This document shows, piece after piece, positions 18,263 to 25,675 of a DNA stretch of 64,000 nucleotides. Origin of the DNA: Saccharofermentanales bacterium. Lineage in GTDB: Bacteria > Bacillota > Clostridia > Saccharofermentanales > DTU023. The stretch covers positions 27,927-91,926 of the forward strand of contig JBBAEW010000002.1 in assembly GCA_041655695.1 (NCBI GenBank), given 5' to 3'. The translations under genes were made by a program, and so were the position numbers. How positions within the stretch are numbered: position 1 is the first letter of the stretch; each line of letters starts with the position of its first letter. Under the pieces are notes generated by a model. It was not told the DNA's origin and ran no database searches. It saw only the letters and a list, made by a program, of their open reading frames with translations.

Positions 18263-19525
18263 TTGCTGCCAGACTATCGGGAAAAACAGAACTGGATCCG
18301 CCGCATTGCCGGCCACCTGGACCCGGGAAGCGAACCGTCCGATGACGAACTCCGCCGGCTGATCGCCGCCGAGGTCTCGGCCCAGACCCAGGGATCCTCC
18401 CTGACCGTGGCGGAAAAAACCCGCCTGATCCGCCATCTCTTCGACGCCATGCGCGGCCTGGATATCCTGCAGCCCCTTTTCGATGAAAAGGACATCACGG
18501 AGATCATGGTTAACAAGCCGGGCCAGATCTACATTGAACGCAGGGGCCAGCTGGAGGAAACCAGCCTGGCCTTTGATTCACCCGCCCATCTGACACATGT
18601 CATCAGCCGCTTCTTCGGCCGGGCTAATAAGCTGGTCCACGAGCGCTCGCCCATCGCCGACATGCGCCTGGCGGACGGATCACGGGTTCATGCCATCCTG
18701 CCGCCTGCCGCGCCGGAGGGACCGGTCCTGTCCATCCGGCGTTTTACCGGCATCCACCCCTCCATGGAAGCCCTGGTCGGCAACGGAACCCTGCCCCAGG
18801 AGGAGGCGTCCTTTCTGGCCCAGGCTGTCCGCGCCCGCAGGAATATTTTCATCAGCGGCGGCACGGCTTCAGGCAAGACCACCTTTCTCAACGCCCTGGC
18901 TGCCTTTATTCCTCCCAATGAACGCATTGTGACGGTGGAGGACGCTGCGGAACTGGAACTGACAGGTCTTCACAATCTGGTGCGCCTGGAAGCCCGGACG
19001 GTTTCCATTGACGGGGGCGGCGGCATCAGCCTGTCTGACCTGATCCATTCCTCCCTCCGCCTCCGGCCCGACCGCGTCATCGTGGGGGAGGTCCGGGGCA
19101 TTGAAGCCTACGACATGATCCAGGCCATGCAGACAGGCCACCCCGGGTCCATGTCAACCGGTCACGGCAACAGCAGCCGGGAGATGCTCAACCGCCTGTC
19201 CCTGCTTCTGATGACCGCCTCCCAGCTTCCCTGGGAAGCCTGCCGGCGGATGGTCGCCTCATCCATTGACCTGATCGTCCATCTGGTCCGCATGCCCGAC
19301 GGCCGCCGCCTGGTGGCTGAAATCAGCCGGATCACGGGCTTCGATCAGGACCACTTCCAGCTTTCGGTCCGTTACCGCAACCCCGCCTGCCAGGCCCAAG
19401 AGGAAGATCCGCCTGACTCAGCGGTACAAGGGAGCAGCCGGGGATCCGGCTATGAGAAAGGCCCTCCAAGAGAGATCAGGCCCCGCGCCGTCAGCCGTCT
19501 GCGGCTGGACAAGGGAAAGGACTAG
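18263..19525 (+). CDS. cpaF: CpaF/TadA-family type IV filament secretion ATPase
   Basis: Walker A GGTASGKTT, TVEDAAELEL, GEVRGIEAYDMIQAMQTGHPGSMSTGHGNS. TTG start with GGAGGA 8 nt upstream. Confidence 0.9.
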   Translation: MLPDYREKQNWIRRIAGHLDPGSEPSDDELRRLIAAEVSAQTQGSSLTVAEKTRLIRHLFDAMRGLDILQPLFDEKDITEIMVNKPGQIYIERRGQLEETSLAFDSPAHLTHVISRFFGRANKLVHERSPIADMRLADGSRVHAILPPAAPEGPVLSIRRFTGIHPSMEALVGNGTLPQEEASFLAQAVRARRNIFISGGTASGKTTFLNALAAFIPPNERIVTVEDAAELELTGLHNLVRLEARTVSIDGGGGISLSDLIHSSLRLRPDRVIVGEVRGIEAYDMIQAMQTGHPGSMSTGHGNSSREMLNRLSLLLMTASQLPWEACRRMVASSIDLIVHLVRMPDGRRLVAEISRITGFDQDHFQLSVRYRNPACQAQEEDPPDSAVQGSSRGSGYEKGPPREIRPRAVSRLRLDKGKD

Positions 19526-19528
19526 ACC

Positions 19529-21088
19529 ATGCACCGCAAAAAATCCAGTTTCCAGCCCGGCAGCCGCCCCTGGTTTTCGACCATCCGATGGATTCTCCTG
19601 GCCCTGATTCCCGCCCGCTTCGCCCTCCTGTCCTTTACCGGCGAGAACACGTCCGGCTGGCCCATGACCGTCCTGGGCGCCCTCCTCCTGGGCGGAGGCC
19701 TGTCCCGGCTCTTCCATCTGCGGGAGGAGCACATGCTCCAGACCCAATACCTGCACCTTCTGGGTTATCTGTCGACCCGTCTGGCGGCCGGCGCTCCGCT
19801 GGAAGCCGCTTTCATGGAATCGGCCGGCCCCCTGGCCGAACAACTGGGCCGCCACAACAGAATCGTGCATTCACTCTCGCGGCTTCAAAACAACCTGGAA
19901 GCTCAAATGTCATTGAATGAAGCCCTCCTGGCCTTCATGCGGGAGGTGCGCCTTTCTGCCTGCCAGCGGGATTTCACTATCCTGATCATGCTGGCCCGGA
20001 CGGGGGGCCGGACCGATATCTTCATCCGCCAAAGCCACCACGACCTGACTGCACAGATCAATGCCCAGAGCCAGGTCGCCAACGAACGGCGGGGACATTC
20101 AAGCGAAGCCCTCATCCTGGCCCTGATTCCCTTTTTCATGGCCCGCTTCATCCTGGGCAAGGCTTCGACCTACAGCCAGTCCATCCCGGAAAGTCCCTGG
20201 CTGTCTGTCTTCCTGGGCATTCTCTACCTGACCGCCATGTTGGCCCTCTTTGTTCTCCTTCTGCTCCTGGCCCCCGAAAGGACAAGTCTGAAGAAGAACC
20301 GCAGGAAGAAGCGGAAGGCCATCAGGGAAAAGGTCCACCCGACCCCCGCCTCCGTCCCCTGGCTCTCCCGCTTCTATCTGGATTTTCTGCCCGGCCAGAT
20401 CGGCCTGTCTGTCTCCTCGGCCGTCCACCTTCTGGCGGCTGACCGTCAGGGGGCCTGGGCCCGCTACATGACACAGAAAAGACTGGATATAGCCCTGGGT
20501 TTCATCCCGGCCATCCTGCTGGCCGCATCCGGCAGGGTCTCCTGGTTCCTGGTTCTGCTGGTTCCCTTTCTCTTCTCCTCCCTGCGGGATCTTATGACAA
20601 CGACCAAGGCGGCGAAACTCAAGGAACAATACCGCTTCTTTTACCCTTCGGTCGTCAACTCGCTGGCCATTCTCATGGAGAGCGGCCTGACCCTGGACCG
20701 CTCCCTTCGCACCATGGCCCGTGTCAGTCTGTCCGGGCCCCATGCGGGCAACCCGGTCGCCGCTGTACTGGGTCAGGCAGCCCTGCTTCTGGAAGCCGGC
20801 TATGACAGCGTCATGGCGGCCAATCTCCTGGCAGAGAACTGCCCCCTTCCGGAGGTCCAGGCGGCCATCCGCCTCATGGCCCGCTATGAGCGGGAAGGCG
20901 CCCTGGAGATTCTGGAGCTCATCCGCATGCAGGCGGACAGGAGCCGTCAGCTCTACCGCGACGCCCTCAGGGGCAGGGCGGAACAGCGCTCTCTTCTCTT
21001 TGTCCTCCCCATGGCCATGGACCTCCTGGTCGTCATGGCCACTGTTGTGCTCCCCGCCCTGGTCAGCATGCAGCAGCTTTATCTTTAA
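19529..21088 (+). CDS. Polytopic membrane platform protein, apparent TadB-TadC (T2SS-F type) fusion
   Basis: 519 aa with two blocks of cytoplasmic helices plus TM segments. Position is directly after cpaF. Domain call is by architecture, not by search. Confidence 0.6.
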   Translation: MHRKKSSFQPGSRPWFSTIRWILLALIPARFALLSFTGENTSGWPMTVLGALLLGGGLSRLFHLREEHMLQTQYLHLLGYLSTRLAAGAPLEAAFMESAGPLAEQLGRHNRIVHSLSRLQNNLEAQMSLNEALLAFMREVRLSACQRDFTILIMLARTGGRTDIFIRQSHHDLTAQINAQSQVANERRGHSSEALILALIPFFMARFILGKASTYSQSIPESPWLSVFLGILYLTAMLALFVLLLLLAPERTSLKKNRRKKRKAIREKVHPTPASVPWLSRFYLDFLPGQIGLSVSSAVHLLAADRQGAWARYMTQKRLDIALGFIPAILLAASGRVSWFLVLLVPFLFSSLRDLMTTTKAAKLKEQYRFFYPSVVNSLAILMESGLTLDRSLRTMARVSLSGPHAGNPVAAVLGQAALLLEAGYDSVMAANLLAENCPLPEVQAAIRLMARYEREGALEILELIRMQADRSRQLYRDALRGRAEQRSLLFVLPMAMDLLVVMATVVLPALVSMQQLYL

Positions 21089-21213
21089 TAAATACTTTCC
21101 GTCGTTTCCGCAGCAGGGGTTCCCCCAAGGCACCGGGAGTACGGGCCGGCCAACCAGTCAGGCGGCCATAATGACAGGCAGTTGGAGACATACAAGTCCA
21201 AGAGGAGGAGATC

Positions 21214-21390
21214 ATGAAGAAGACACATGAACCCCGGCGGCTTTCCTGGGACGGCTTCGGAACACTGGAGGTGATCATTATCATCGCCGTCCTGATTACC
21301 ATTGCTCTCCTGTTCCGGGAGAATATCATCCACTTCGCCCGCAACCTGATCGACAAGGTCTTTACCTCGTCCGTTATCGACAGCCTTTAA
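21214..21390 (+). CDS. flp: Flp-type (type IVb) prepilin, 58 aa
   Basis: Not in the ORF track (under 60 aa). AGAGGAGGAG SD. MKKTHEPRRLSWDG|FGTLEVIIIIAVLITIALLF has Gly at -1, Glu at +5 and a hydrophobic helix. Confidence 0.6.
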   Translation: MKKTHEPRRLSWDGFGTLEVIIIIAVLITIALLFRENIIHFARNLIDKVFTSSVIDSL

Positions 21391-21405
21391 GCGGAAGAGA
21401 TCGGC

Positions 21406-22428
21406 ATGCATACCGGGGAACTTGCCGGTGTCTACCGCCTGCCGGACCTAAAGCAAGCGGCAGAGACCAGCGATTGGAACCTGGACACAGCCCTTCTGCG
21501 GCACCGGCCCGATTCTGTCCTGCCTGTCTCCTGGTTCCCCGGCCCGGATGGCTGCATCCTGGTTCATCTGGATACGGATGGCCTGACTTCCCTGGAAGAG
21601 GGGCTGGCTTCCTGGGAGAAGAGTCCCCCAAGCGGTTTCCAGCTCCTCTTGCATATCCTGGAGTCTCTGGATCAGGCAAGGGATCATCTTTTTTATGTCT
21701 GGCCTGACCAGCTTGAATGCCGGCGGATTTTCTCGGAATCCTGGTCTCCCAAAGCCAAGAGCCCGGCTAAACTTGCCTGCCTCCCTTTCCCGCCCCCTGA
21801 CTGCGGCCCACCAGTGACAAGGCCCTCCCTTATCCGGGAACTGGCCCCCGTCTTTTTCTGGGAGCCCTCCATAAGCGATCAACTGGACAGTCTTCTGGAA
21901 GAGGGTGCTTACGATGATCTTTTAGCCCAGGTCCGCCTCCTGGCAGGGTCAGGCCAGGCTGACAAGGATGACACGATCGCTATCCCACATGAGAAGGGCC
22001 CGGCCCCCTTCTTTTCCTCTTTGATTCACAGCTTGAAAAGATGCCTGAGCTGGCCCCGGGAAGACTCCATTCATGAGTCAACCCAGGAAGTCGACCTCCT
22101 GGGCAAAGGACACCCCATGGCTCAGCTGTCGGAGGGCCTGCCCGGGACTCCGGATGAAGAATACGGCCGTCACGCCTATATCCTGACCCCTGAGTTTTTC
22201 ATCGGCCGGGATATGCGGGAAGCCGATCTCTGTATCGATTCCCCCTCCATCAGCCGCCTGCACGCCCGCATCTTCATCAAGGACGGCAGCTTCTTCCTGG
22301 AAGATCTGGGATCCAGCAACGGGACGGCCGTCGACGGTGTCCGCCTCAGCCGTCACCGGCCCTGCCTCCTGCCCGCCAAATGCCGGATTGCCTTTGCGGA
22401 CATCCGCTACTACTTCCGGACAAACTGA
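21406..22428 (+). CDS. FHA-domain protein with uncharacterised N-terminal domain
   Basis: C-terminal FFIGRD...ISRLHARIF...FLEDLGSSNGTAVDG is a canonical FHA pattern (G-R, S-x-x-H, N-G). Confidence 0.8.
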   Translation: MHTGELAGVYRLPDLKQAAETSDWNLDTALLRHRPDSVLPVSWFPGPDGCILVHLDTDGLTSLEEGLASWEKSPPSGFQLLLHILESLDQARDHLFYVWPDQLECRRIFSESWSPKAKSPAKLACLPFPPPDCGPPVTRPSLIRELAPVFFWEPSISDQLDSLLEEGAYDDLLAQVRLLAGSGQADKDDTIAIPHEKGPAPFFSSLIHSLKRCLSWPREDSIHESTQEVDLLGKGHPMAQLSEGLPGTPDEEYGRHAYILTPEFFIGRDMREADLCIDSPSISRLHARIFIKDGSFFLEDLGSSNGTAVDGVRLSRHRPCLLPAKCRIAFADIRYYFRTN

Positions 22429-22437
22429 TCCCTGCCA

Positions 22438-22472
22438 TAAAAAAGCACCTCCCGCCCCAGGGGGCAGGAGGC
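22438..22472 (-). terminator. Intrinsic terminator downstream of upp
   Basis: GC-rich stem CCTCCTGCCCC/GGGGCGGGAGG (one mismatch), followed on the minus strand by a T-rich tail CTTTTTTAT. Confidence 0.45.
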
Positions 22473-22507
22473 ACATCAACCTAAGATCCTCGGGCCTTCC
22501 GTGAAAA

Positions 22508-23173
22508 TTATTTGGTTCCGAAGAGGCGATCTCCGGCATCACCCAGGCCCGGCACAATATAAGCGTGCTCATTGAGGTAATCGTCCAGGCCGGCGCAGAA
22601 GATGGGGATATCCGGATGTTCGCTGTGCAGCCGCTCGATTCCCTCGGGAGCCGCGATCAGGCAGACAAACTTGATATGCTCAATATTGCGCTGCTTGAGA
22701 AAGCCGACAGAAGCCGCCGCCGAGCCGCCGGTGGCCAGCATGGGATCCAGCAGGATGACATCACGGTTGGCGATATCATCGGGCAGCTTGCAGTAGTACT
22801 CAACCGGCTCCAGGGTGTCCGGGTCACGGTAAAGTCCGATATGGCCGACCTTGGCCATGGGGATCAGATTGATCATGCCCTCAACCATACCCAGGCCCGC
22901 GCGGAGGATAGGGATCAGAGCCAGTTTCTTGCCGTCAATGATCTGGCAGTGGGCCAGCCCTACAGGTGTCTCCACATCAATAGGGCGAAGGGGCAGATCG
23001 CGTGTCACCTCATAGGCCATGAGCATGGAAACTTCGCTGACCAGCTCACGGAACTCCTTGGTACTGGTGTTCTTGTCCCGCATCAAGGCCAGTTTATGCT
23101 GAATCAGGGGATGGTCGAAGATGAAGACACCGTCATATTCTTTTTTATTTGTCACGAAAGACACTCCTTTCAT
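22508..23173 (-). CDS. upp: Uracil phosphoribosyltransferase
   Basis: [27 protein letters not shown] loop [27 protein letters not shown]. Start at 23173 (AAAGGAG upstream) is tentative and overlaps the rpiB end by 29 nt. Confidence 0.85.
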   Translation of the reverse strand: MKGVSFVTNKKEYDGVFIFDHPLIQHKLALMRDKNTSTKEFRELVSEVSMLMAYEVTRDLPLRPIDVETPVGLAHCQIIDGKKLALIPILRAGLGMVEGMINLIPMAKVGHIGLYRDPDTLEPVEYYCKLPDDIANRDVILLDPMLATGGSAAASVGFLKQRNIEHIKFVCLIAAPEGIERLHSEHPDIPIFCAGLDDYLNEHAYIVPGLGDAGDRLFGTK

Positions 23174-23600
23174 GTTCCGCCATCTGATCCAGGCGGGTCT
23201 GGTGGCGGCCGCCGTCAAAAGGCGTTTCCAGAAAGAGATCGACCAGGAGCTTGGCGTATGGCACAGCCAGCAGTCGTCCCCCCAGAGCCAGCATATTGGC
23301 ATCATTATGGCGCCGGGCCATCTCAACCATAAATTCGTTTGTGCACAGGGCGCAGCGAACGCCCGGATTCTTGTTGGCTACAATGGAGACACCGATTCCG
23401 GTGCCGCAGACAATGATCCCCCGCTGGCTGCTGCCGTCGACAATCCGATCGGCGGCTTTCTGACTGAATTCAATGTAACTGACCGACTCATTGGAGAATG
23501 TTCCCATGTCGTCCACTTCATGACCTTTTTCAAGCAAATAGGCTCCAATTGCCTGCTTGAGGTCATAGCCGCCATGGTCACTGGCGATAACGATCTTCAT
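23145..23600 (-). CDS. rpiB: Ribose-5-phosphate isomerase B
   Basis: [35 protein letters not shown] at 23600 with GAGGGAGG upstream. Confidence 0.9.
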   Translation of the reverse strand: MKIVIASDHGGYDLKQAIGAYLLEKGHEVDDMGTFSNESVSYIEFSQKAADRIVDGSSQRGIIVCGTGIGVSIVANKNPGVRCALCTNEFMVEMARRHNDANMLALGGRLLAVPYAKLLVDLFLETPFDGGRHQTRLDQMAEHERSVFRDK

Positions 23601-23628
23601 ACAGCCCCTCCCTCTTTTCACTTGTTAC

Positions 23629-23657
23629 ATTCTAACGCAGGCGGCCAAACCTGACAA
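23629..23657 (-). promoter_or_regulatory. Candidate rpiB-upp promoter
   Basis: Minus strand: TTGTCA (23657-23652), 17 nt spacer, TAGAAT (23634-23629). Confidence 0.4.
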
Positions 23658-23786
23658 CGCAGACAGGACCCGGCCTCCCACTGACAGCCACAAAATTAGG
23701 ACCAAAGGATCCTCCCTTTTCCCCTGTTTTTTGTCATTATTCCACAGACTTTTTCCCGCCTCCGGACCTTAAGGTTTCCCACATTT

Positions 23787-23816
23787 TGTTGATAATGTTG
23801 ATAACTATGTGTATAA
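23787..23816. repeat. Tandem TGTTGATAA x2 followed by TGTGTATAA (DnaA-box-like or iteron-like cluster)
   Basis: TGTTGATAA at 23787-23795 and 23796-23804; TGTGTATAA at 23808-23816, which is TTATACACA on the other strand. Confidence 0.5.
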
Positions 23817-24177
23817 CTTACACGACAATGATTCTGTCTTTTCCCTGGTTCGAAAGGCTTACGGCTAGTCCTTTCCTTCCTTTTTTCATCTCATATTTCA
23901 AAACGGATATTTCTTACCTTCGCTTATAATGCCCTCACATCAGACATTACAAGCTATCGATATTATGCTACCTATTCAACTGTCCACCACTGGTAGACAC
24001 AAGGACAGTCATCATGACAACATATTAGGATGGACGGCCGATCAGGCTTGAAAAAGCGCCAAACAAAAACCCCCGCCTTGGAAACTTCGGGGTTTTTATC
24101 TTCCCATGCCATCAAAGCTGCAAACGCACACTGTCGTGGGGGAGGGTGCAAACTTTCCGGCGGGCACCCCCTGCAAG

Positions 24178-24666
24178 TCAAGATCGCCTGAAAATTCTTA
24201 TGCCCTCTCTCAGAACCTCATCAACCAGATCCATATTGTCGGCCGATTGCTGTAATGTGACAAGGTCTATCCGCTTGTGCAGTTTTTCGCGTAACTCTTC
24301 AATCAGGCCAAAATATTTCAAGCCTGTCAGTTCTGTTGAGACAAAAAGATCTACATCACTCGTTTCACCAGCTTCCCCGCTGGCATATGAACCGAAGAGA
24401 TAGCAGTAATCAATAGGATATTTCTCGAAAATTTCGCCGGATATGTCAATAATATCTTCAAGCTCCAGAACACCGTGATCTTCATCAAGAATACTCAGCT
24501 TTTCAAGTTGCTCCAACATGTACTTATATTTCAGCGTTTCTTCTTTGTCGGGATCGTTTTCGTATGTCACGTAGGAACGAAGCGAAATCTGCAGCAACTC
24601 TGCTGCTGCTTTCTGAGTTAGTTTACTTGCCTGTCGAGCTTGCTTTAACCTGCCTTCCATGAGCAC
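24178..24666 (-). CDS. XRE-type HTH fused to a MNT-like nucleotidyltransferase domain
   Basis: N-terminal LKQARQASKLTQKAAAELLQISLRSYVTYE is an HTH_3 pattern. C-terminal LFGSYASGEAGETSDVDLFV is the GS...DxD NTase motif. GAGGAGGAG SD. GC is lower than in the neighbours. Confidence 0.7.
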   Translation of the reverse strand: MLMEGRLKQARQASKLTQKAAAELLQISLRSYVTYENDPDKEETLKYKYMLEQLEKLSILDEDHGVLELEDIIDISGEIFEKYPIDYCYLFGSYASGEAGETSDVDLFVSTELTGLKYFGLIEELREKLHKRIDLVTLQQSADNMDLVDEVLREGIRIFRRS

Positions 24667-24715
24667 TCCTCCTCTTCAATACAATAGCGGATTTGCGCTT
24701 TTCTGACAAGGTTGT

Positions 24716-24732
24716 TGTGCAATATTTGCACA
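24716..24732. promoter_or_regulatory. Inverted repeat TGTGCAA-TAT-TTGCACA, candidate operator
   Basis: Perfect 7-bp arms, abutting the -35 (TTGTCA, 24709-24704) of a TTGTCA-17-TATTGT promoter for the HTH-NTase gene. Confidence 0.35.
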
Positions 24733-24802
24733 TCACAGAATGACAATGTGAATTATTTGCATCCTTTCGAATATCTTACAAATCTGGGATTATGTTTATC
24801 GG

Positions 24803-24845
24803 AAAAAAAAGAGACAGCCGGTATGCCAGATCCCAGCTGTCTCTT
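24803..24845 (-). terminator. Intrinsic terminator after tRNA-Phe
   Basis: Minus strand: stem AAGAGACAGC/GCTGTCTCTT followed by TTTTTTTT. Confidence 0.6.
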
Positions 24846-24849
24846 CAGT

Positions 24850-24925
<76 letters not shown>

Positions 24926-24958
24926 TTATGCGATTGCCGGCATAAAGCCGGCAATCTG

Positions 24959-25035
24959 TGGCGACGCAGAAGGGGCTCGAACCCTCGACCTCCAGCGTGA
25001 CAGGCTGGCATTCTAACCAACTGAACTACTGCGCC
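24959..25035 (-). tRNA. tRNA-Asp (anticodon GUC)
   Basis: Reverse complement GGCGCAGTAGTTCAGTTGGTTAGAATGCCAGCCTGTCACGCTGGAGGTCGAGGGTTCGAGCCCCTTCTGCGTCGCCA. Confidence 0.9.
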
Positions 25036-25060
25036 ATACTCCGCTTCAAACGGCTGTGTC

Positions 25061-25090
25061 AGTCTATCAGATGGATCAAACGCTTGTCAA
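25061..25090 (-). promoter_or_regulatory. Candidate promoter of the tRNA-Asp/tRNA-Phe unit
   Basis: Minus strand: TTGACA (25090-25085), 18 nt spacer, TAGACT (25066-25061). Confidence 0.45.
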
Positions 25091-25112
25091 CAATCGATGG
25101 AATTTGCCGGAA

Positions 25113-25427
25113 TCAGGGCACTTCAGCCTGTCTGTCCCAGTCTCCCTGCTCCGCAACTTTCAAGGTTCCAGATGGAGCTGCTGATGGATCCGGGGGGGTG
25201 TTGACCTGACGGATGGGTGTGCGGCCGAAGAGGAAGTCAATGGATACCTGGTAATAGTCAGCCAATTTTCTCAGCATGTGGAAGTCGGGTTCCCGTTCAC
25301 CCCGCTCATACTTGGAAATGGTTTGCCGGCTTACATTGAGGCGGACAGCGACCTCCTCCTGGCGGAGGTGCCTTTCCTTCCTCAGTCCCCTGAGTCGGCG
25401 GGCAAAGATTTCGAGCGGCCTGGGCAT
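25113..25427 (-). CDS. XRE family HTH transcriptional regulator
   Basis: FARRLRGLRKERHLRQEEVAVRLNVSRQTISKYERGEREPD is a canonical HTH_3 pattern. The start (ATG 25427 versus TTG 25469) is uncertain; neither has a good SD. Confidence 0.65.
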   Translation of the reverse strand: MPRPLEIFARRLRGLRKERHLRQEEVAVRLNVSRQTISKYERGEREPDFHMLRKLADYYQVSIDFLFGRTPIRQVNTPPDPSAAPSGTLKVAEQGDWDRQAEVP

Positions 25428-25498
25428 TGCAACTGGATTATGAATCTTTGCTCTTTGGCCGACAACCAAAAAGGCCCTGATGCGCCGAAATGGCGCAC

Positions 25499-25527
25499 TT
25501 TGAAGAAAGGCAACCGTGTGCTAAACT
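25499..25527 (+). promoter_or_regulatory. Candidate tRNA-Val promoter (extended -10)
   Basis: TTGAAG, 17 nt spacer, TGcTAAACT. Lies 20 nt before the tRNA. Confidence 0.4.
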
Positions 25528-25546
25528 AGCATGGCTCATGGATTAT

Positions 25547-25622
25547 GGGAGCATAGCTCAGCAGGGAGAGCACTTGCCTTACAAGCAAGGGGTCATCGGT
25601 TCGAGCCCGGTTGCTCCCACCA
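25547..25622 (+). tRNA. tRNA-Val (anticodon UAC)
   Basis: GGGAGCATAGCTCAGCAGGGAGAGCACTTGCCTTACAAGCAAGGGGTCATCGGTTCGAGCCCGGTTGCTCCCACCA. Confidence 0.9.
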
Positions 25623-25625
25623 AAA

Positions 25626-25655
25626 AACCCGCAATCTGGACTTGCGGGTTTTCTT
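25626..25655. terminator. Bidirectional terminator (tRNA-Val and the convergent SBP gene)
   Basis: Stem CCCGCAA/TTGCGGG, flanked by AAAAAA and TTTTCTT. Confidence 0.6.
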
Positions 25656-25675
25656 ATGCGGGGAATTGTCCGCTG

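Noticed and set aside
23700-23900. Possible replication origin, or a ykkC/PRPP-type riboswitch upstream of rpiB-upp. The segment GGTCCGGAGGCGGG at 23755-23768 on the minus strand superficially recalls ykkC conserved blocks.
   Set aside because: No dnaA/dnaN context or AT-rich unwinding element pattern is present. The ykkC-like resemblance is limited to one short block. The region also lies upstream of the best rpiB promoter (23629-23657), so it would not be in the leader.
23972-24181. 69-aa minus-strand ORF as a possible HEPN toxin partner of the HTH-nucleotidyltransferase.
   Set aside because: It has no R-x4-6-H motif. It is Cys/Pro/Trp-rich and spans a terminator-like hairpin with no SD. 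It is more likely non-coding.
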